A stretch of DNA of 64,000 bases, taken from the NCBI RefSeq assembly GCF_009914755.1, contig NC_060939.1. One strand, written 5' to 3'. Under the pieces are notes generated by a model. It had not been told where the DNA came from, searched no databases, and saw only the letters and a program-made list of their open reading frames with translations. Position numbers and translations under genes: made by a program. Positions 50,880 to 64,000 of the stretch are shown piece after piece; position 1 is the first letter of the stretch, and every line of letters begins with the position of its first letter. The stretch is from the human T2T-CHM13v2.0 reference genome, Homo sapiens.

Positions 50880-53602
50880 TAAATGTTGCGTGTACGCAAG
50901 TATGCCAGTGACCATGAGTATTAGACTAGGATTTAGCATCCCATTTTCATTTCGTTTCCCTTGAGCAGGGTCCAAAATAATTCCTTTTTATTTTTCCTGT
51001 ATAAAAGGAAAAAATATTAGAGCTACTATTAAAAATGTCTATGCCTTTCTGATGGAATACCTAGGGAAAATGTTCCTTAAAATGTTGATAACCAACCTTT
51101 TCCAAACTTTCTTTACATGTTCTATGAAAAAGTGTGCGGTGGCCAAATGTATGGGAACCTGCTGGTGAATCACAATTAAGTGGGTTTCCTGACTTGATAA
51201 TGCTCTGTGATATGCTAATGTGTATTACAGTAAACTGTATAATGTATTGTTTTTCCTAAACTTAATAGACCATGAGAACATTGCTCTGAACTGGTGTTCC
51301 TGTGAACACAGTTGGACTAACCGCTACTTGAGATGTGTGTTGTTCCATAAGGTCAGTAGTAAAAATTATTACAGACATTTGGTTTTACTTAAAGTTAATT
51401 TAAAAATTAGATGTCAGCTTTCTTTTGTTTTTTTTAAGTTGCTTTTTGGGGTGTTGTTTTGAAATAATTCCTATATTTTGCTAATCTGCCAGTTCAAATA
51501 TTATAGGAGAGTAGAACATAAACTTAATTTGGAAAATGTTAATATTCTTGGAAATTTTATTTGCAACTAAAGCATTTCTGAAAAAAATATGACTTATAAA
51601 ACACATGTCATCTCTGCAGCGTTGAACTGTTTGCTATTCTCCATAAACATACAAGTTTTATTGTTCTTTTCCACTGTTTTGTTACTTCCTTCCTATTATT
51701 GAGGAGCATTTAAAAGCTTTGTTGATGCAGTGCACAACAAAAGATTGGTAGAACACAATAAAAGATTTTGAATTCTGGTATGTATTGACTGCCTTGCAGC
51801 AAAGCAGTAGTCCTCTTTGTAGTATTTTTGCAAAGATTGGGAATAAACAGAAATCTGAAGAAATACGTTTTTATGTGTTCTCATTAGAAGCATCATACAA
51901 TTTTCTATAGTACTTGTAATTGACAGAAACTGTATGAAATTTGAGATTTAAAAAAATTTTATAATGACAGAACTTGTGAGACCCTCAGCAATATAGATTT
52001 GCATAAAAGCATTATATATACACGTTTATTAAATTTTTGTTTTCTGTTGCAGTGAACCAGAATATCATTAGGAAACTCAAATTTTTAGAATTTTAATCAC
52101 AGATTTCAGTGTGATAATTCTTAGCTAAAGTAAATACAACTAATAAATAAAAATATAACAGGTGCTTACAATTGTTGTGTTTCTTGTTCTGAGGAATCCC
52201 AATGTGTGTGAGGAGGCACCATTAAATAATTAATTTTTATTATAGAAGTAGTTCATAGCAATAGAAATAAAAGTTTAAACAGCATAGGAAATTTTGAAAT
52301 GAAAAGATAACATCTTTCTGTGCCACATTTCATTTCTACCCTTGATATTAATCATTTTTGAGTCTTTTTTTTCACTCTGTAGGTGGTTATCTGAGAACTC
52401 TAAACAAGAGCAGGCAGTAAATTTAGAGACTTTGCTTTTGTATTAAGATTAATAACCAATATATGCCTATTCAGAAATCTCTAATGCAATGTTTTTCATG
52501 TAAATTGTGATGTGAGTTTCTTATTGTTTCTTACAAAGGCTATATATTAATATTTAGAAATCAAAATTATATATTGTATTTAGTATGGAAGTATTTTAAT
52601 TGAGAGATTTTTTTTAAACTAGATAATTTTTGTGTTGTGCATGTGTTTTTCCAGTGGTTTCCAAATGTTCTATCAGTGGAGGTCATCAACCGCTTTCTAT
52701 TTTTCATGGTAATTTTTTATGGGAATTTCAAAGAAAGAAACTGGAGTGAATCAGTTTGGTAATCTGAAATGTATATGCACTAAAATGTTTTCCTTTAAAA
52801 TTTCTTCCTGTTTTGAATTTGGAAAGTGAGATGAAAGCAGTCATCATTATTATATCATTCTTTCCAGCAAGTAAAATAGAGATTACTTTTACTTATTCTG
52901 TGCAAAGTAGTAAAGTTAAAAAATAAATTTTTATTCTGGACTATGATGCTGTGATATTTCTTAAGGCAATGATTATAATAGTTTTATACCAACAATAGAC
53001 ACCTAGTGGCCTCATTCAGGTCAAAGCTTAAAAACTCCATTGTGCTAACTCAGTAAAGAGAAAAAAGCCTCCCTAGAAGAAGTCTATAAAATTGACCATC
53101 GCTAAAATAAAACATAAAATGAAAATCTGGGTATGTGGTCTCCATGAATCTTGAAGAATGAGGAAGATAAAGGATTTTTCCAAATAGAAATCCATGTACA
53201 GACACAAAGCGATAACAAAGATGCTAACTTTTAGAATAAATGCTTTTAAAAATCAAAGACAATATATCTGAAAAAGATAAATGCCATTTCTCTCTAGCAG
53301 TTAGTTATATTATAATTGTCACTTAGCAAGAATACTTTATTGACTAGTTGGTTAGATACCAGCGAACACCTGGGAAATAACTTATTTGGAAGAATACTGA
53401 ATGAAATTCTAGTGCATAATCTAGTCACACACAAAGCACGAGGTAAAATGTCAAAACAGTGTGGTTTTTTTTTTTTAAATTACTGTCTTTAACATTTAAA
53501 AATTTCTACTGGGAATTAATTGGCAAGCTTGGCACCTAGACATAAATATTTAAATCAAATTCATTTTTCTTACGTTTCTCAGATGTCATATGTTTGGGAA
53601 CA

Positions 53603-53912
53603 TTTTATTTTATTTTATTTTATTTATTTTTTATTTTATTTGAGACAGAACCAGGCTGGAGTGCAGTGGTGCAATCTCAGCTCACTGCAACCTCTGCCTC
53701 CTGGGTTCAAGCTATTCTCTGCCTCAGCCTCCCAAGTAGCTGGGACTACAGGTGGCCGCCACCACGCCCAGCTAATTTTTTTTGTACTTTTTAGTAGAGA
53801 TGGGGTTTCACCATGTTGGCCAGGCTGGTCTCCAACTCCTGACCTCAGGTGATCCGCCCTTCTCAGCTTCCTGAAGTGCTGGGATTACAGGCGTGAGCCA
53901 CCGTGCCCAGCC
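53603..53912 (-). mobile_element. AluS
   Basis: TSD gggaacatttt / gggagcatttt; (ATTTT)n tail. Confidence 0.92.
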
Positions 53913-55524
53913 GGGAGCATTTTATTTTAAAGCTCCCAAATAATATTTAATTATCTTTTATAAATATAGTATTCTGTTAAGAGGTCTTGTTAATTGCTAA
54001 TATAATTTTTTTAAGTTCTTCTTGTATATTGCTTATATTAGACAAATGCATAATTAATAGATTTTCTCCGTGTGCTTCCTGGTATTGTTCCTAACTTTAA
54101 GTTATGGTCATTTGTTACTAAATATAACCTGCCACACATTCAAAAGTTATGAATATATAGCAAGCCTCTTATAATATGGACAGTTGTGTCCTATACTGGC
54201 AGACCCTAAGTAGTGTATTACTAAGGGTTATAAAAAAATAAACATGAGTTCATGTTTAAATTTGTAGACCATTACTCTTTAGAGCCAAAATAATTGCTGG
54301 ATAGGTTCCAAAGCAAGTTTCCCAACACCTGGTTAACTCCTGGTGCCTTTGAAACATGTTATGCACTTGGAATTATAGGAGGGAACACATGCTAGTAAGC
54401 ATGCAGCTATAATGGAGTGTAATAAGAGCATGGAGAAATATGCTGGTGCTGTTTGAGCCCTACAAGCAGTCACCCCTTCAGACTTACTGGATCATGATGT
54501 GAACCAAAATCAAACTATTTCTGGCCCATCAAATAGACCAGGTAAGGCATAGATTTGGTTTTGCCAAACTGGGTGGATCTGGTTGTACCTTCTCAAATGT
54601 GAAAATGATGTAATAGTTAAACAAATACACCCAGATTCCAAATTTATAAAGTCAGATCATTGTTAATTCCTTCAGATTAGTTAATCTTGAAAATACACTT
54701 ATTCCAAAAAGACTCCATGGTTTTTAAGTTCAAATAAGATCTAATCGAGTTTCTAAATAATTCCAAAAACAAAAGAACATCATTCTTACAAGAATGCCTC
54801 TGAGCTGTCATTGAGTATGTTACTCAGAGGATGCCAATCTTGTTTAAACATGAAAAAAATGTTTTCCTTTAGACTTGCCTTCAGAGTTTGAGGCATGTTC
54901 TTCTCAATATAATTGATGGTATCATATCCTTATCATTTTGGGGGTAGATTTGATCCCTAGAATCCATGAAAAAATTCTATATCAAGATCTTAAGGGAATT
55001 TCAAAACAAATTTCAAAAATATGAATGAACACATATCATTGGATTGGTTTTGCTGGTTTATGATCTTGAAGGGCAATATTTATTTGCTTACGTGACTTCT
55101 GACATGCCTGCTGAAAATTTAGTTATGTTATTGTATAGTCTAAGTTATGCATGTTACATTTATTTCTGTAAAACTGTGTCAGCTATATAGCAGATCACAC
55201 ACACAAATTTGAAAATGCATAAGAGACTGGGGCTATTTAGCTTGTGGGCAGCTGGCGTTCGGTCAGTAATGTCTTATAGAATACTCCCATCACTTGCATT
55301 CACAGAGATAATTATAAGACATTAAGGAAAACTTAAATTATGTTAAATGTGCAACAAACCTCTAGCAGTCTTGGATTTCACTTTTTTTTCCTCCAAGGAT
55401 TTGTGAGTTTCCTCAAAAGTCCACAACTGTTGTAATTTTGCTAAGCAACAAATCTGAATCATAAGTGTGAGGTTTGTGTGCAGCTGCAAGTCTGGTCTGC
55501 GGCCACTGGACAAGTGAGGTAGTT

Positions 55525-56270
55525 TAAGGAATACATTAAGTCAAAAAATATTTACTGTGCACCTACCATGTGCTAGACTCTGCTAGGTGCTAGGAATATG
55601 GGGAATATAGCAGCAAATAAAATCAAAGCCCCTGTTCTTATGAAATTTATTTTCTAGTGGGAGGTACACACTGTGGTTTGACATGTAAATAAATGAATAA
55701 GTAATTAAATAAGTAAATGCAGGGAGGGAATAAATAGGATGCTACAATTGAGAAATAGGGAATCTGCTTGAAGTCAGGGAAGGCCTTTGTGAAAATGTGA
55801 TGGTAACATTCTGAAACACAAGAAAGAGTCTACGGTTGGGAGGGTTGGGAAGGAGCATTCCTGACCGAGGAATAGCAGATTCAAAGCCTCCAAGGGAAGA
55901 AATAACTTGACACTTCATTGGGCCAGACAGAAGGAAGGACAAGGTAATTAGATTGTAGCGAGGTGGGGAAGAGAGGTGGGCCAGGGCTGATCTGGAGACC
56001 ATGTTGCTAGTAAGATGGTGTTAGAGATTTTATTGAAGTGCAGCAGAAAGCCAGGGCAGAGTCTGGGGGCAGGAAAGGACCATGATCTGATGTATATTTT
56101 AATATCACTGGCTTCTGTGACATTGGAGGGGGTGAGAATAGAAGCAAGAAGACCAATGGGGAGGCTTGTTGGTTGGGTTCAGGCAAGAGATGGTAATAGG
56201 GTGAGCTTGGTGTCAACAGTAGAGGTCTCGGAGAGGCTAACAGATTCAGTATGGATTTTGGAATGTGGAC
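55525..56270 (-). mobile_element. L2 3' fragment
   Basis: aaatatttactgtgcacctaccatgtgctagactctgctaggtgctagg ... aagtcagggaaggcct typical of L2. Confidence 0.8.
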
Positions 56271-56931
56271 TCTTATGGGGCCCTCACCTACCTTTGTTCT
56301 GTATTTCTCTCTATTCTATAGAGGGTGTAAGTTACAGTGGTGTTCCCAGATTTGGTCATTACCCAGTTCATAAAATATCAATAAAATAAGGGTATGTTCT
56401 TTGCTTTTTAAAAAATAAAATAAGTGATTAAAAGATTTTAAAAGGTATACTTTCTTACCTGGAAAATTATCTTCAGACCCCCATTAGGGTCCAGATACCA
56501 TTTTACAGCATATTAATCACATTCTAGTTTATTCTTTCAGCAAGGAGATAATGGTGCCTCCTGTGTTCCAGGCACAGAGCTAAGGCATGTTGTTGCAAAG
56601 GTGGGCAAGACAATCCCTGCCCTTTAAAAGGTCATGTCCTGGGGCAAAGCAAGCAAGAGCCAAATAAACAGCTAAGTTACTATTCAACTTTGTGGAAAGA
56701 ACCAGGCTACTGAGTTAGCTTGGGTAGATGGTGGCTAGCAGAGGCTTTGACCACTTTGTTGATGCTGCTGATTTTTCTGTGGTATTTCTGTATTTAATTT
56801 CTGTTCTTTTCTATCATCCAGTAATTTCTCACAATTTCTGGTCCATGATGCCTGCCAGTATCTTTTTTTACTGCTTTTGTAGATTCTCTTTCCCACCTTT
56901 TAAAATAATGTACACTCAGAAACATCTCAGA
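55963..56931 (+). repeat. Local direct duplication, donor copy (~970 bp)
   Basis: Aligns end to end with 59569-60547, roughly 95% by eye. Confidence 0.97.
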
Positions 56932-57855
56932 ACAGAAGCATCAAAGTTTATTTGTATTATTAAGCATAATTTACCACAGTTTGATTTTGGCTCCCTGGTC
57001 TGTGAGCATGATTCACCCCACGTGTAGAGACCAGGTCCTTTCTAGCTAGGCTGCTTATTTGCAGTGACCAGTCTGGGTTTAAAAATATAAGTACAATAAT
57101 TTGGTGTTAAAGGATTTTAATCCTCATATCAGAGAGTCAGGTTAAACTCCTTCTTAGGAAGATATGAATTCTGCTTTTTAAAAAATGATTTTAGACTATA
57201 TCTAGGATTCGATCCCAATTGTTACAAGGAATGTCTAAGAGGTTGCGTTGTTTGATAATTGCAGTTAACTTAAGTGTGTGGGACATCCTGAATGCTGTTC
57301 TTAGCCTTAAAAATGGACTAATATTTCAAGTGAATCTGAATTGCTTTTAATTTTTTTAATTGTCCAAGGAAGATAGTGCTTCACAGTTTCTGAAAGTCAT
57401 CTATCTCCCAATAAAGAGCCCTTTTCTCTGTGTTAGAGTTAACAAACATGTTTGTGTTTGCAGTTATTTTGATAATAAAAAACTTCATCAATTACAGAAG
57501 TATTTATATTGAGTTTACATTTGGAATATTTTGTAGTATGAACTGAAAAATTAGAAGTAAATACTAACTTTTCTGTTATTGTTATTGAATTATATGGGAT
57601 ATTTTAATCACTATTAATCTCCTGAGTTAGGTGTTACTCTTTTTTCTTTAACAGCAATTCGATGATCTAAATAGTTGAGTAAATAACCCAAAGTTGCATG
57701 GCCAATAAGTAACAGGATTATGGTTTGAACCTATTTGTACGTACCAGAGTATGTGTATTCCACAGCTCAAGAGAAAGAAAATGGATATAAAAAGGAAGAC
57801 TTACTGTACACCAAATGGAATTTGGCATTGAAATGTTGTCTTTTATTTATTTGTA

Positions 57856-58191
57856 CAGTAGTCCCCTATTATCTGTGGGAGTATGTTCCAAGACCCCCCG
57901 TGGGTGCCTAAAACCTCAAATAGCACTCAACCTTATATCCACTACGTTTTCTGGAGCTAATACCCTAAATGACTAAGTGACTAATGGGCGAGGAGGGTAG
58001 ACAGGGCGGGTACACTGGACTAAGGGCTGATTCATACAATGAGGTTTCATCATGCTGCTCAAAATGGCATGAAATTTAAAACTTACGGACGGTTAATTTT
58101 TGGAATTTTCCATTTAATATTTTCAGACTGCAGTTGACTGTGGGTAACTGAAACCTCAGAAAGCTAAACCGCGGATAAAGGGGGATTTCTG
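57856..58191. mobile_element. MER2 (TcMar-Tigger)
   Basis: ta-cagtagtcccctattatc ... gcggataaagggggatttctg-ta TIRs. Confidence 0.88.
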
Positions 58192-58744
58192 TATGTTCTC
58201 AACCCAGTGTGCTCTGGAGCTCAACTTAGAGCTATTTTTAGTGGTACCGGAAAAAGCAAGTGCTTAAAAATATCAAGTCTGTCATTGACTCTCTGTGGTC
58301 ACTAGCTTGGTGTGGAGTGGGTGGCTTCCTTCCCATTCCCATTTAAATTTTAGGTTAGGTCATTGTGCATCAGCACAGAACTATGATTTAAAGGGGACTT
58401 ACTGTGTTTTTCTTTTGAAATTGACACCATAATGTTATTTTTGTGCCTAATCTAAGTAATTACTATGTGGCAATAATAAAATCATTTTCAGAATACTCTA
58501 TAAGTAGCTGAAAAGTTTCAAGGTATTGTGTATTTAGCACAAAAGTAAACAATGCAAACAACTGTAAAGTTAGAGACACTAAGGAAATAAGGTGTACAGA
58601 CTTATGTTTGCTCCCAGGGAAGGGGTAGAAAGGATTGGGAGTGGTGTGAAAAGAGTAGGATTCTACCAGGATTCCAAAAAGAATGCATTGTAACTCTGTG
58701 TCAGGAATACAACATTAATTTCAGCATGACACAGCAATAAATAT

Positions 58745-62025
<3,281 letters not shown>

Positions 62026-62026
62026 G

Positions 62027-64000
62027 CAGTGCTGATCATAATCCTGAAAGATACAGTCCTGAATGTGAGAACCCCAAATGTTGAAAGATCGAGTTTCCTA
62101 AAGATGAGAACGCCTAACATATAAAATTCTAAAAGTCACAATTGTGAAAGATCAAAATCCTGAATGTTGAAATCCTGAAAGCCGAATTCTAGGGAAGGAG
62201 TTTTAGTACATTTTGGTTTTACCAGGATAGTTGCATCATGTTAGGTGGAACTATTACCTTGTTATTGTCTTTATTTGGAAATTAGGTGTGGTTTAAGGAG
62301 ACACATGAGTGCCAGGTTGACAAGGAGTGGACTCGTGGCCTTAATTTTAGGTGTCAACTTGACTGAATTAAGAAATACCTAGAAACTTGATAAAGCATTA
62401 TTTTGGGTGAGTCTGTGAGGTAGTTTCCAGAGGAGACTAGCACATGAGTCTGAGTGGACTAGGTAGGGAAAATCTGCCCTCATTACTGGTGGGCACTATC
62501 TAGTAGGCCAGAGAGGACAAATACTGAAGGTGAATTGGTCTGTGTCTCAGAGAAGGGACAGCCTTTTCTCCTGCTGCCTTAGACATTAAAATTCCAGGTT
62601 TGACATCCTTTGGGCTCCAGGATTTACACCAGCAGCCCGCCGGGTCCTGAGGCTTTTGATCTCAAACTGAGAGTTGCATCATTGGCATCCTTAGTTCTGA
62701 GGCCTTCAGACTGGGACTGAGCCACACTGTAGATATCCCAGCGTTCCAGCTTGCAGACAGTCTGTCATGGGACTTCTCATACATGAACTGATTCCCGTAA
62801 TAAATCCCTTCTCATATATCTATATACATATCTTATTGGTTCTGTCTCTTTGAAAAACTCTAATACAGATTTGGTATTGGGGAAGCCAAGTATCATTCCT
62901 TCTTACCATTTTCCTTTTAACACAATGGAACAGATCAGTGAAATTGTTCTCTTGCAAAAACGCTGAGATAAATTAAGTGTATGAGGCTACTTAATGGTAA
63001 AAGATAAATTTTAAAATATAATTGGTGCTGTGAATACAGAAAATCACTTAATTGTAATGGTAAAGCCATAACCAGACTTTCAAACAGACAGCATACACTT
63101 CAAAAAGTTGTAGAACACAACCACCCTCCAAATATAAGTGGAGAGAGTTTTGAAGATCATAGAAGTGAAAATGCAAGTAAAAAATACAAGAAATCTCCCC
63201 TGCCAAATTTTTCAGTGGTGTACAACTTCTGCCCCTTCACTCATAGTGCCACTTTGTTATGCTGAGCATTCCATCTTCGCATAATTTCCAACACTGGAGG
63301 TATAAATTGTGTAAAAATTTCGAGAGTTCTAATTTATTGTGTGCATTTTTATAAATTTGAGTCCATAAAATTACATTATTACAATGTTAACTTTGGGTAT
63401 AAGCATTGGGCATGTGTGGAAAAGGTTGAAACTTCCTCAGTAAATGAAGAGATGTCCATTTTGTACATCTGCATATGTGAAAGATAAAATTTCTTGAGAT
63501 CTTCGCTCTTTGGATATGGATAACTGCATATTCAGTGGTTGACCCATCATAGTTTTTCATTGATCTCGTCAGAAGACTTAGGTTGTTCATCATGGTATTT
63601 CATGCAGCTGACTGCAGTTATAAAGCTGGCTGCACGTGGTCGCCAACCATAGTGGTATGCGTGTATGCATTTTGCTTTTTGACATATTTCCTTATGAATA
63701 TGGTTTTTCTGCTTGTAACTATTATACCCATGCACCTATGATTAATATATCTGAGTGTTTATGCTTGCAAAAAATATGTATGTTTATTGCCTATTTTATT
63801 GCGTAAAGTGACCTATCAAGTATTGTTAGGTTTTTATGTTTCTAAAATAAACCCTCTTTATAAAATAAATACATGTCTTTTTTAAAAAAGGAATTTTTAA
63901 AAATTCTTTCGAGAATTATACTTTTGGGATATTGATCTTTCAGGATTGTGATTTTCATTCAAATTTTACACTTTATTGATTTTGGATCTTTCAGGATTTC
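62027..64000 (+). mobile_element. Ricksha (MULE/MuDR) DNA transposon carrying an ERVL fragment and MLT2B LTR (62333-62867); runs off the window end
   Basis: Left end has repeated aatcctgaa units and right end has the inverse ttcaggatt. ERVL PPT-like aaggagtggact precedes the LTR. Decayed FLYWCH-type ORF at 62925-63130. Confidence 0.82.

Noticed and set aside
58232-58241. Perfect MEF2 site CTATTTTTAG
   Set aside because: A single AT-rich 10-mer is expected by chance in 64 kb of this composition.

Overview
Human genomic DNA; two AluYb8 copies, a human-specific subfamily, identify the species. The window lies inside the LRRC28 gene on the + strand. Three internal coding exons are visible (10355-10395, 21063-21100, 21620-21757). 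Together they encode [72 protein letters not shown](E). The rest is intron, containing an antisense HNRNPA1 processed pseudogene, about 30 Alu/FLAM copies, old L1/L2/MIR fragments, MaLR/ERVL LTRs and DNA transposons (MER1A, MER3, MER58, Tigger3, Tigger4, MER2, Ricksha). Almost all ORFs in the supplied track are repeat-derived noise. I see no new protein-coding system. The most unusual signals are local copy-and-paste or rearrangement scars: (i) a ~980 bp segment copied 3.6 kb downstream into an L1, with a 14-bp target duplication and microhomology at both junctions; (ii) a 15-nt insertion in an L1 that exactly matches a degenerate Alu 2.5 kb away; (iii) an apparent ~1.76 kb internal inversion in an old L1; (iv) two near-consensus AluYb8 copies in inverted orientation 2.4 kb apart, one inserted at exactly the same nick site as an older Alu. 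Repeat subfamily names are from recalled consensus sequences, and boundaries are approximate unless a TSD is given.
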